Under the pieces are notes generated by a model. That model did not search any database and had not been told where the DNA came from. It worked only from the letters and a program-made list of their open reading frames with translations. Shown one piece after another: positions 13,113-24,079 of a stretch of DNA of 64,000 bases (its first letter is position 1; each line of letters opens with the position of its first letter). This DNA comes from Lama guanicoe (taxonomy: Eukaryota): the NCBI GenBank assembly GCA_013239625.1, contig MU053994.1, positions 1,677,775 through 1,741,774 on the forward strand, given 5' to 3'. Position numbers and translations under genes: made by a program.

Positions 13113-13269
13113 ATGGGTGCACTCAGAGCTTTTCTCAAATGTCCACCTGACCTTTCAGTTCATTGAAGGACTCCCTTTGGTCCTAAGGGTAAAGTTTCCC
13201 AGAGCCCATCATGATCTGGTCTCTACATAACTCTAGTCACCTCCCCACCCCATCTACTCCCACCACTAG

Positions 13270-13632
13270 CACACACTCACAGTCCCACCATACACACATA
13301 CACATGAATGCAGGCACGTAACTACCCAGACAGACAAATACATGGTCATGGAACACAACAACGTACCCATGGAACACAACAACATACCCATGGTCATGGA
13401 ACACAACAACACAACAACAACATACCCAGAGACATACACAGACACACAGACCCAAACATGCACACATGCAACATACACAGACGTGTCTACAGACATACAC
13501 AGGCACACCAGGAGGACACATGCCTACATACACACAGACACAGACAGACACATGCAGACTCACACAGAGACAGACACATGTGCAAACACACAGAGAGACC
13601 CACAGAGATACATGTACAGAGACACACACACT
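13270..13632. repeat. CA-rich low-complexity tract with embedded 21/27-bp minisatellite (13341-13426)
   Basis: Degenerate (CA/CAGA)n; catggaacacaacaac occurs three times. Confidence 0.9.
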
Positions 13633-13796
13633 TTCTAGCCGACAGTTCCATAGACACAGCACTCTCATGCTCACCTCCAGAATTTCACCTTTTTGCACGT
13701 ACCACTCCTTCTACCCAACTGCTCCCTTCTGGACAGCTCGTACTCCTGCCTCAGCTCTCAGCTCTGATGTCATTCCCCACCCTCGACCCAGAGAGT

Positions 13797-14027
13797 CAAT
13801 ATAATGTGGTGGTAAAAAGTCCAGACACTGGAACCAGATACCAGAGTTCAAATTCTGGCCTTGCTGCTTGCTAGCTGTGTGCCCTCAGACAAGTGACTTA
13901 ACCTCTCTGAGCCTCCGTTTCCTCCTCCAGTAAACTGGGCTGTAATGATAATAGCACCTACCTCACCTTTGGAGTTAATCCATACAAAGTGGCCCAGAGT
14001 GAAGATGAATTAGCTATTATTGTCATT
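13797..14027 (+). mobile_element. MIR, near full length
   Basis: gtggtaaaaagt...gttcaaattctggc...caagtgacttaacctctctgagcctccgtttcctc...agctattatt. Confidence 0.9.
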
Positions 14028-14779
14028 TCCTGACCACCGCAAGACTGGATTTGGTACTGCCCCCAAGTTTTCTTAAGCATGCATACAGCTGTCTCTGTGT
14101 AGGGCGAAGCCATCTGCACTGCAGGCGTGTGTTTATTGTCTTTCTCCACAACAGGCCTGGGAAGCCATGGAGGGCATCCCTGCCCTCAGGGCCCCGGTGC
14201 CCCGCCCAGGGCCTGCACAGCAAGGTGCTCAACGCATAATCCGTGAGCTCGAGCATGCCCTTGAGTGGGCTGCCCTGGGGTGTCTCTTTCTCTTCTGTAA
14301 AGTAAGATCATTAGACTGGAAGTTTCCTAAGGCCCAAAAAAGACAGAGAGAGAAAAAAGAAAAAAAAAGTTCTTCCCTTATACCAAAACTATAATTGGTA
14401 TCTCCGTGAAAACTCTTTCAACTCTTCCAGATCTTTTCCAAAGGGAATGTGCCAAATGACGGGCATCAAGGGCCCTTAGAGATGAGTTCAATCCTGACCT
14501 TTCTCTGAAGAGAGGACCGAGGCCCCGAGACTGGGGCTGGCTCACTCAAGGTCACTCAGCAAGCGAATGGAAGACCCGGGGCCATGATTCAGGGGTCATG
14601 GTTCACTGCACTATTTTTTCCACACATACATTAAAAAAAAATGATTCGGGGGAGATTCTTTAGCAAAGGCAGCTGAGTGAAAGCTAGCAAAATTTGGATG
14701 GGAATTTAAGAGAAAGGATGAGTCAGATCTCTTTAAAGTATCACTCGCTGCTTCTGCTGTGACACTACATAAAAATAAC

Positions 14780-15010
14780 ACTAGCTAACTGGCTTAGTGA
14801 ATTCTTGCCACCAGCCAGACACTGCCTTAAGCATTCGACACATTTTTTTCTCCTTTAAATCTCCAAACAATGCTCTGAGAAAGGTACCCATCTTACAGAT
14901 GAGGAAACTGAGGCTTAGAGAGGAAAGCAACTTTCCCAAAGGTACCCAGATATAAGTGGTAGAACCAGGATCTGAAGCCATGTGGTGTGATTACACCCCC
15001 TGGTTCCTGA
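14780..15010 (-). mobile_element. MIR
   Basis: cccatcttacagatgaggaaactgaggcttagagagg. Confidence 0.9.
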
Positions 15011-15271
15011 CTGTGGCATCATCCTATGTACCAGCCCCATAGCTCAGAGTGTTATCAACACATCTTCTTAAATTCAGTTAACATCCCTAGACAAACTGAT
15101 GCATTTATCAGAAACAAATTCATGCAGCCAAGTTTAGGCTGAGCATCTCTGTGCTGTAAATTTCCCCTTGTTTTTCCTTTTTTTTTTTTCGTTGCGATGA
15201 CTTGATGTGTAGACAATGTGTCTCACAGACATGATGTGGAAGTGGGAAGTGGATTACAGAAGATACCAGGG

Positions 15272-15740
15272 GTCAGTCAGCTACTGCTGGGTAACAAAGC
15301 ACCCGAACTCTCAGCAACATATGACAATAAGCATTTATTCTCATCACCAGGGTCTGAGGGTCAGAGGGAGTGGCTCTGTTGCAGCTGCACAGCTGCAGAT
15401 TGGCTGGTCTAGGCTGCACTGGACTCCAAGCTCTGGGTTCAGGTCAGGCTCACAGAGCTCCTTATTCTTCTGAGAACAGCTGGCTCCCTGGGGCTCATTC
15501 TCTCATGATGATGATGGAAATACAATAGGACAGGGGCCAACTCTTGACACCACTTAAGGCTTAAGCTTGGAACTGGCATGTCATCACTTTCATCTACATG
15601 TCAATGACCATGGCAAGTTACACAGCCAAGTTCAGCATCAATGGGATGGGAAATAGACTCCTACCTTCAACGGGAGGCCTGGCAGTGGCAGGGATAGAGT
15701 GAGGGGTGAGAAATTGGAAGCAGTTATACAGTCTACTGTG
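15272..15740 (-). mobile_element. MaLR solo LTR (MLT1I/J-like)
   Basis: agtcagctactgctgggtaacaaagcacccgaactctcag...ggcaagttacacagccaagttcagcatcaatggg. Confidence 0.75.
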
Positions 15741-16319
15741 GGGTCATTCAAAAATTCAGCAAGATCTGATCATCAGCATGGTTTTATTTTATGAAGATGG
15801 GGGAGAGAGGGAGGAGGAATGATGGAGACTGGGGTTAGCTATATTTCAAATTCTGGAACAAGATGCCCCATTTCATCTTGAATTCAGGCCCAAGGTTTCC
15901 AGAGGGTACTGAGAAAGGGAGGGAAACTTCTGGGTTCCACAGAGGATATGGGGACAAGTGACCTCCTCGGATGTGTTACCAGACCATGCACAGTGCAATG
16001 GTTATCTCTGTTAGCTCAGACACCTGTTCAGTGAGCAGCCCGTGTGGCATGAAGGGCTTCGGCCCTAATCACTTCCAGGATGCTCACAAGGAAAGCGGGT
16101 GGGCAAACGCAGATATCCCAGGCGCCTCCACGCACCTGAATGCCAACCAGATGGCCATGCTGCCTCCTGTGCCAGCACCTCTCCGCTCTGAGGCTGCAGC
16201 GTCTGCTCTTCCTCCTCCTCTGTCTTGGGCTAGTAAAGGGACAATCCCACCCATGCAGGGCTGGAAAATGGGGTCAAGGGGTTGGCTGAGCTCTCACTGC
16301 CTCTCATCCACCTACACAA

Positions 16320-16690
16320 ACAAATCACTTTCTCCATCAGGTCTCAGTTTCCTCACTTGAAATGACAGGTATAAAATCCCCTTCCCGCCCCGCCCTGTGG
16401 GCTGTAGGGGGCAGCAGGGTGCATGTGGGGTGGAGATGAGAGTCTGGAGCCAGATAAGTGTGATGAGGGTGGTTCTGGTCCTGGCCTTGGAGGCGGGCGG
16501 GCCGCCCAGAACCAAATCACAGCCTCACCACCGTCCAGCCAGATGATTTCTCAAGCCTCAGTCTTCTCATCAAGAAAATGGGCATCATGATGAGACCTAC
16601 CCCAGAGGAAGGCTGGAAGGAGGGTTAAACGAGGAAATTTTGGACAGTGGCTAGAACACAATAACACTCTGAAACTTGGAGCTATTCTTA
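16320..16690 (+). mobile_element. Two MIR fragments (about 16320-16400 and 16545-16690)
   Basis: tctcagtttcctcacttgaaatg and gcctcagtcttctcatcaagaaaatggg cores. Confidence 0.65.
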
Positions 16691-16832
16691 CCATGTGTTT
16701 CTTAGACTTTTGATGCTTGGGTCCTGTTACGTTTTGGCAAGCCTTGTCTGCCGGGGGAGGGGTGACCCTGCTCTAAACATCTCACATCAGCCCTGCCAAA
16801 GTGTAGCTTTGCGAGTGGGCCCCCCAGAAACC

Positions 16833-16867
16833 CATTCATTCATTCATTCATTCATTCATTCATTCAT
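16833..16867. repeat. (CATT)8 microsatellite, probably an expanded L2 tail
   Basis: Read directly; followed by degenerate L2-like sequence. Confidence 0.9.
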
Positions 16868-17364
16868 CCCTTCAATAATTTTTATTTATAAAATGTCTGT
16901 GCCCACAACCAGTCCAGACACTGAGGGAAATATGAAGAAATGTGAAACACAACTCGCCTCTCAAGTGGCTCCTGGTCGACCTGGGAATCAATGCCTTTAC
17001 TTTGAGTCTAGTGCAAAAATCTGAGAGACAGGACGGGTCTAAAGCCTCTTGGCCCAACTCCCACCTGAGGAAAGAAGCACCTCTACCCTATTCCCAACAG
17101 ATGCAGCCTCTGCCGAAATAAACCGAGCGACAGCTTAGGGCCTGAACGTGCCGGAGGCCAGGTCGTTTCAGTTCCAATTGTGAGAAGAAAAATCTCTCTC
17201 TGACTTTAAGCTGAAATTCAGCTTCCTGTGACGTCTGCCTTCACGTTCCCTAAATGGTCCCTCAGACAATCCATCTCCAGGTGCCAACTCCTGCCCACAA
17301 TGTTCTTTTCGTGTAAGATGTGTAGGGCACGTGACAGGACACAAGACTGATTAATTTGCTAAAT

Positions 17365-17670
17365 CTGTGCTTTTCTGGGATATTCCACGGAACACTAGTT
17401 CCGCAGGGCTTAAGGAAGTACGGGTTCCAGTAAAATACATCTGTTGTCCCACTTGACAAACTCTAGGTAAGCAAAGCGCAGTTTCCGTTACTGATAATAC
17501 CACCTCGAAGCTTATAACAGAATCATTGTGAAAAAAAAAAAAAGAATCATTGCAAAAAGGTGCTGTGGAATGCAGAGAACCCCCAAATCTTTTGATCCTA
17601 GGACTGGACTCTGCTCATGGAACATTTCCCAGAGACAGTGTTCCTCAGAGGGCTCTTCGAGGAAAAGTAA
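17365..17670. mobile_element. hAT-Charlie-type MITE (MER103-like)
   Basis: ttccacggaacactagttcc near the left end and inverted agtgttcctcag near the right end. Confidence 0.5.
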
Positions 17671-17737
17671 GTCAAAAAAATAATAATAATCTAGACTGCG
17701 AGCACATATGCAAGACAGACCACTCTGAGTTGAATGG

Positions 17738-18118
17738 CGTAGCAGAAGCCATCACGGTCCGCCCGCCCTCACTCGGCACTTAACATCTCCGTGCCCGTGG
17801 CCTTGACTTCTTATTGCCAGCACTACATATCTGCCTGAGAGCTTTCTGGCTACTGGAGCCCACCGTGCCCAAGACAAGACGGCAGCAGGCTGGAATTCCT
17901 AGAAATCTAGCGACCCCCACTCCCCCAGAGCAGCTGTCACCCAATGACTGACAGCCCAGCTCCTCCACCCTCGGTTGGAATAACTGAGCTCTGGTGCTAT
18001 CTTTCCCTCCCTGCCTCACTTCCTCCCTCCCCTGCCCATTTTTCCTGCGATCTCCTTCCAAATAAATTATTTGCACTCAAACCCGAGCCCAGGCTCTGCT
18101 TTTGGTGGGACGGGACTC
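17738..18118 (+). mobile_element. ERVL solo LTR (LTR16-like)
   Basis: cccaatgactgacagcccagctcc...ttccaaataaattatttgcactcaaacc...ctctgcttttgg. Confidence 0.75.
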
Positions 18119-19134
18119 GTAACGTCATCCCCACTGCCTCCCTTCTGCACCAGCCACACATGCCTCAATTTCCCCAGTTGCGTTTCTGCGGCTTGGGGAC
18201 TCAAGTCTGGCCCGGGGGGAAGAGGACTCCAGACAAGGAGTCATGGGAAAGGAGGAGAGGGGCTCTCAGGCACATAAATCACTCGGCACTGAGAGGCTTG
18301 GCGTTCCCAAGTCTGGAAGGTAATCCCCAGGGCTGAGAATAACTTGGCAGGCAACCTTCCAGTCAGGGCGGGACTCAGGGCCAGGCTTCTGGGTCACTTT
18401 TCTCCATTTTTACTGTGGGTGTAACCTTGATCCCTCTGCAGAGGTAAACAACTGGGTCTGAATTATTTGGTTTGGAAAAGGAAGAGGCCCCAGGGAGGTA
18501 AAGGCGGCTGTAAGAAAGGCGGAGGAGAGACAGCTGTGCACAGCATGCCGGCTTTCCCTCCCCGAGCACAAACCCGGGGCATCTCAAAAGGCGAAAAGGC
18601 GTCTCTCTCCTCTCCCGCTAGCACGGGCCAGAGTTGCTGAAGCCACAAATCACTACGAAAAGTGCAAAAGAATGTTCGCCATTTCTTGGAATGGAAATAA
18701 TAATAAATAATCATAATCTGTTCCGCGTATTTAGCCAAGACATTTTCTCCAAGGAGTTTTGCACTCAGATTTATTGTAAGTCCCCAGGGTCTGGATATTT
18801 TTTAATTAAAACTTTGATCGGGGTAAACATACAAAGAAAACGAAAAAAAAATTTAACCCCAGAAGTGAGTTCTGTGGAGGTGCTCCCCATCCTGCATTCC
18901 TTCAGCATTTGGCTTTTTATTCTTTTGCCATTTGGATGGTTACAGCCTGATCTGTCCTGCCGTGCTGACTGTCCGTCACATAAAAAATTAAGCATAAGTA
19001 CATGTACTGGATGCCTGGAAGAGGGAGGGGAAAGGTGTGGAAATACATTGCTCATTTCCTAAGTGCCAGGCGCGTCAGATACACGTTATATTCTCAATTG
19101 TCATTACAACCCGGGGACCCAGCATTGAAGTGAT

Positions 19135-19320
19135 TGCTGCACGCCTGCCAAGTGCTTTTAACGTGTTACCTCATTAAATCCTCACAAAGTCCTCTGATCT
19201 GATTCTTTTAGGGTCCCCAAGTTACAGATGAGGACAATTGAGACTTAGAGAGGGTAAAACATGAGTGAAATCTCGCAGGTAGAACAGGAGGAAACCAGGT
19301 TTACCTGGTTCCGGGGTGCT
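19135..19320 (-). mobile_element. MIR
   Basis: cctcattaaatcctcacaa...ttacagatgaggacaattgagacttagagagg. Confidence 0.8.
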
Positions 19321-19364
19321 AGTTTTCCCTCGGGGGGTTAGACGGGGGCACAGAGTTTGGCATC

Positions 19365-19818
19365 ATGCTTCAGGCTCCGCCGGAAAACACGCTGAGCCAA
19401 GGGTTCCAGTGCAGGTGAGTTACTAGGAGTACAGCCCCAGGAGAAGCCAGTAAGGGCCAGCAGAGCAGAACAGGAAAGCGGAGGGAGCCACGAGAGGATG
19501 CTAACCACACGTCCCAGCCTCAGCCTTATCCCGTGGAGAGACTCCGGGAGACAACTTCCACTCCAGAGTTTGTCTTGTCTCCAGGGAACAGAGCTGGGAT
19601 TTTTTTAATTCCACACCAGTCACTGGCTACTGGGTGCCCTGGGGTGGGGGTAGAAAGGGGGACAGAAAACTTCTAGGTGCTTCCAGCTCTCCATACCTCT
19701 GAGGAGGCACCAGGTTCCGAGACAACCCTCTGAAGGTCCCAGAATCTGGAGGCAGATCCCTCAGACCTGGTAGAATGGATGGGAGTGAATCTGGGAGGGG
19801 CACCAGCGATGCACACCA
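19365..19818 (-). mobile_element. ERVL solo LTR (LTR16-like)
   Basis: Reverse 3' motif cgctgagccaagggttccagtgcaggtgagtta; reverse 5' end atctgggaggggcaccagcgatgcacacca. Confidence 0.65.
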
Positions 19819-20664
19819 CTCTGGGCAACTTCATTCAGAAAGGAGCACCTGGGTAGCCAGAATGCCCACCTTCTTGGGCAGGAGACTGTCCTCTGGTCCC
19901 ATGTGTGTGTCTGGGTGGAGATCTTTGGGAGTGGGCCATGATGCTCGGAACATAACTGTCAATAGTCTGCCCCCTTTGACTCCCCCACAACACAGACCAC
20001 CCGGCCAAGGCTGAGGGGATGAGGCATGGGCTGTTGGCCCAAACTAGCCAGCTCATTACTGAAGGACAATCCATCAGATGTTCTCACAAAGGACTGGAAC
20101 CTGGAGGCAGCAGGTCCCGCCAGGTCCTCTAGACTCCTGGCTTCTGTTGAACTGAGAGCATGTGGCAGCTGGGAGCCAGGGGGCAGAGGCCCACAGAAGC
20201 CGGCTGGTCAGGCTCACACAGCCTCTGAGACCAAGCTTGTCACCATAACGGTATGGGCTCCAGCCCCAGGTCTCAGGAGCCCAGCAACACTTTGGTCCCT
20301 GGGCCTTGACACTGATGATGGCGTCCTGACAAGTCAGCCTGCTTGGCCGGTGGCAGCCACAGGGCCCTAAGTAGGCAGACAACCAAGAGCCCGAGTCATA
20401 AATATCCGACCAGAAAGCAAAACCGATGTGGGGGCCGGTGGTGGCAGAGCACAAAGCGGGGAGGGGGGGGGCAACAAACCTCTTTGGGTCCCTGAGGCTC
20501 ACAGCTGGCTGTGAGGGCTTTCTGGGCCATGCTTGAGTGGCTGGTTTGAGTGGGTGTCTGTGCCTGGCTACCTCCGTCACTAAGACAACTGGCTTTTCAA
20601 GCTCGCGGAGTCAGTGGATTTCAAAAGGGCAGCTTGGGACACACTGAACTCAGATGCAAGGGCT

Positions 20665-20815
20665 CAGACACTCACACACACACACACACACACAATCATA
20701 TACACTCAAACACCCACACAATCATACATGCTCACCCTCCCACACGTATGTATTTATACACTCACACATACAATCACGTACTCAGACAATCTCTCTCACA
20801 CACATCTCTCACACC
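20665..20815. repeat. (CA)n and CA-rich low-complexity tract
   Basis: Read directly. Confidence 0.85.
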
Positions 20816-20964
20816 TAGCCTGTCAAAGTGCCGAAAAACCCACATCAAGGCACACGTTATGCGTTCTATATTTATACGTGTTAAGACGTGTCAATTTACT
20901 TCAGTCGACGGAAGGAACCTTCTATGGTGGGACATTTAGATTTCCACTGCTCTGTTATTGCAGA

Positions 20965-21140
20965 CAAATAATGCTTAGTGAATAAAAGCAAGTTTCAATA
21001 GGATAGGTACAGGATGTTGCCTTTATAAAATTTAAAGACATTCGAAACATTCTGTATACACACATATGTAGTACAAATCTACGAAGTACAGAAGGTGCCA
21101 CGCCAACTCCTGAGGGGAGAGGAGGAAAGGAGAGCCAGGT
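20965..21140 (+). mobile_element. Old L1 (L1ME/MC-like) 3' UTR fragment, continuing at about 21545-21680
   Basis: ataatgcttagtgaataaaagcaag...catatgtagtacaaatcta. Confidence 0.5.
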
Positions 21141-21161
21141 TTTCACTCTATAATTGACTCT

Positions 21162-21310
21162 TTTCTCTCTCTTTTTTTAATTTTTTAGGGGGGCAAGTAA
21201 CTAGGTTTACTAACTTATTTTTTCTTTTTATTTAACAGAGATACTGGGCATCGAACCCATGACCTCATGCATGCTAAGCGAGCGCTCTACCACTGAGTTA
21301 TACCCTCCCC
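21162..21310 (-). mobile_element. tRNA-Ala-derived SINE, camelid Vic-1-like
   Basis: Minus strand GGGGAGGGTATAACTCAGTGGTAGAGCGCTCGCTTAGCATGCATGAGGTCATGGGTTCGATGCCCAG; A box 21290-21300, B box 21247-21257; followed by taaacctagttacttgccccc body and A-rich tail. Confidence 0.85.
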
Positions 21311-21313
21311 CTG

Positions 21314-21513
21314 CAGTTGACCCTCCTCTCAGGTGAAAATCCAGGTAGAATGTACAGTCAGCCCTCCACACCTGTGGTTCCTCCCCATCCGCAGTTCCAC
21401 AGCCTCAGATTCAACCAGCATGGCTGGTGTAGTACTGCAGCATTTACTACTGGAAAAAATCCACGTCTAAACAAGCCTTGCCATTCAAACCTGTGTTGTT
21501 CAAGGGTCAACAG
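21314..21513. mobile_element. Tigger2/MER8/MER2-family MITE
   Basis: TIRs cagttgaccct / agggtcaacag; internal tacagtcagccctcc...gattcaacca and ttcaaacctgtgttgttcaagggtcaac. Confidence 0.8.
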
Positions 21514-21689
21514 CATCTGGGAATTTGTAATTTTTTTTTAATATACGAATGCGAAACAAAGGAAATAGGGCAAAAGGTTAAATCTGTCTAGCCTCTGTAG
21601 CAGGATCATGGATATTTCATATTCCCATAATTTTCCGTATTTGGAATATTTTTTATTTATAAATAATATTTTAACAATTTTTTAAAGCT

Positions 21690-21853
21690 CACTTAAAACT
21701 GAATAGCAACATACACTGTGGCCCAGCAATTCTACCGTTAAATATATATTCAGTGTGACGTGTCCACATGATCACCAAGATGTGCATGAAGAACGTTCAT
21801 CCCAGTGCAATTTTACCATCCCCACTTGGAAAACAACCCCAATGCCTTGGTTG
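21690..21853 (+). mobile_element. Old L1ME-like fragment, left part of the host interrupted by the younger L1
   Basis: cccagcaattctacc...acgttcat...ttggaaaacaaccccaatgcc. Confidence 0.6.
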
Positions 21854-22399
21854 TGGTCTGTTTCTTTTTTTCTTTCCCTCCAGCTTTACTGAGGTATAAT
21901 TGACAAAATTATATATATTTAAAGAGTACAACGTGGTGATTTGCTATACACATACTTTGTGAAAGAATTACACAATCAGGTTAATTAACACATCCATCAC
22001 CTCACACAGTTATCTGTTCTGCGTGTGTGATGAGAACCCTTAAAATCTACTCTTAACAGATCTCAAGCATACAATACAGTATGATTAACTAGTCACCATG
22101 CTGTTCATTAACTCTCCAGAACTTATTTACCTCATAGCTAAATGCTTGTGCCCTTTGACCCACATCTCCCCCATTCCCCCACCCCCCACCCCCTGGTAAC
22201 GGCCATTCTACTTTCTGTTACTCTGAGTTTGACTTTTTTCTTAAAGATTTCACGTATAAACGAGTTCATCCAGTATTTGTCTTTTTTCGTCTGACTCATT
22301 TCACTCAGTAAACGCAGTGTCCTCCAGGTTCATACATGCTGCTGCAAATGGCAGGCTCTCTTTCTTTCTCATCATTGAATAGTTATCCTGTGTGTGTGA

Positions 22400-23284
22400 T
22401 TGTGAGTCTGTGTGTTGTGTATCACTTCTGCTTTATCCACTTGTCTGTTGACAGACGCTTAGATCGTTCCCATATCTTGGCCATTGTGAATAATGCCGCA
22501 GTGAACATGGGCGGGCTGATACCTCTTCAAGACACTGATTTTGTCTCCTTTGGATATATATACTCGGAAGCGGGATTGCTGGATCATATGGTAGCTCTAT
22601 TTTTAATTTTGCGGAACCTCTGAACTGTTTTGCACAGTGGCTGAACCCGTTTACGTTTCCACCAGCAGTGTACAAGCATTCCCTTGTCTCCATATCTTCA
22701 CCAACACTTGTTATTTCTTGTTCTTTTGCTAAAAGCCATCCTACCAGCTGTGAGGCAATATCTCATTGTGGTTTTGATGTTCATTTCCCTAATGATTAGT
22801 GATGTTGAACACCTTTTCATGTACCTGTTGACCATTTGGCTTGTTTTCTTTGGAAAAATGTCTATTCATATTTTTAATTGGATTATTAGGAGTTCTTTGC
22901 TTTTGAGTTGTGTAAGTTCCTTTTAATCCCTTATCAGATATAAGGTTTGCAAATATTTTCTCCCATTCCATAGCTTGCCTTTTCATTTGGTTGATTGTTT
23001 CCTTTGCTATGCAGAATCTTTTTAGATTGATGTGGTCCCACTTGTGGATTTTTTGTTGTTGTTGTTGCCTGTGTTTGGGGGTCATATTCAAAAAAAAAGC
23101 ATTGCCAAGACCTATGCCAAGGAGATTTTGCCCTATGTTTTCTTCTAGAAGTTTTATGATTCAAGTCTTACATTTAAGTTTCTAATCTATTTTGAGTTAA
23201 TTTTTATAAGTGGTGTAGGACGGGGTCCAGTTTCATTCTTTTGCATGTGGACATCCACTTTCCCCAACATCGTTGATTGAAGAG
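22400..23284 (-). pseudogene. L1 ORF2 C-terminal region remnant, frameshifted
   Basis: ORFs 22789..23091 and 22433..22693 contain recognisable ORF2 C-terminal peptides in broken frames. Confidence 0.9.
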
Positions 23285-23601
23285 TTCCAATTTTCCTTTT
23301 GTAATTGATTTCTAGTTTCATACCATTGTGATCAAAAAAAGATACTCGGTATGATTTCAATTTTCTTAAATTTGGTGAGATTTGTTCTGTGACCTAAGAT
23401 ATGATCTATCCTGGAGAATGTTCTGTGTGTGCTTGAGAAAAATGTGTGTTCTGCTGTTGTTGGATGGAATGTTGTGTATCTGTCTGTTAGGTACATTTGG
23501 TCTAAAGCATAGTTCAAGTCCAAAGTTTCCTTACTGATTTTCTGTCTGGATGATCTATCCACTGTTGGAAGTGGGGCCTTGGGGCCCCCTGCTTTTATTG
23601 T
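23285..23601 (-). pseudogene. L1 ORF2 endonuclease C-terminal half remnant
   Basis: ORF 23332..23625 carries TFFSSTHRTFSRIDHILGH; the GDFN motif has decayed to GGPK. Confidence 0.9.
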
Positions 23602-23952
23602 AAAAAGCAAAAAAAAAAATCCCACACAGCCAGGGAAGCCAGGCAGTCACTCACATGCTCTCACTTCCCTTGTAGAAGAAATCATGGGCCTAGGGGGCCT
23701 TTCTTGGCACTGGGCTGTGCCACCTGGGAGAGGGGTGATTCAGATAAAATGAAACTGTTCCTCTTACCCTCTTCAATGCATTCAATCTCAGACTTTTTTG
23801 CTCCTACAGTGTGCTGATTTCCAGACTTCCACAAATTCAGTCTCATCCATGGCAGAGTGTCAAAATCTGTGTTCTTTGGGTAGGGTGGGAGGAAGATGGA
23901 AGAAAACTCCTATTTTACTATCTTGATGGTATCAATCTCTATGGTCTGTTTC

Positions 23953-24062
23953 ATGATCCAGGTGTGTTTACATGAATGTGTTCAGTTTGTGACAATCCAT
24001 CAAATGTACACTTCTGATTTGTGCACTTTTCATCATTATCTTACATTTGAATAAAATCTACA
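23953..24062 (+). mobile_element. Old L1ME-like 3' end, right part of the host
   Basis: tgatccaggtgtgtttacatg...tgtacacttctgatttgtgcacttt...aataaaa. Confidence 0.7.
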
Positions 24063-24079
24063 TTAATTTTGTTTCCAAA

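Larger units (their letters stand above)
21865..23941 (-). mobile_element. Internally deleted L1 (L1MA9/L1M3-like): 5' UTR + EN fragment + ORF2 C-terminus + 3' UTR, flanked by TSD
   Basis: TSD TGGTCTGTTTC at 21854-21864 and 23942-23952; T-rich tail at left; ORF2 peptides ...DRSSRQKISKETLDLN...FSRIDHILGH..., KWDHINLKRFCIAKETINQMKRQAMEWEKIFAN, KLKIELPYDPAIPL; L1 5'-end-like sequence 23620-23941. Confidence 0.9.

Noticed and set aside
13341..13426. CRISPR-like or other repeat-spacer array (also considered for 28671-28772)
   Set aside because: Units are directly tandem with no unique spacers, the context is mammalian, and there are no cas-like ORFs.
13237..13874. Several 100-190 aa H/T- or C/V-rich ORFs
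   Set aside because: Translation of CA-rich low-complexity DNA that lacks stop codons.
21238..21310. tRNA-Ala(AGC) gene
   Set aside because: Anticodon and T stems are mispaired, and the sequence continues into a SINE body and A-rich tail.
23275..23295. Spliced-L1 explanation for the EN to C-terminal junction
   Set aside because: From my recall of the L1 consensus there is no GT donor at the upstream breakpoint, so deletion or template switching is more likely. A consensus alignment is needed to be sure.
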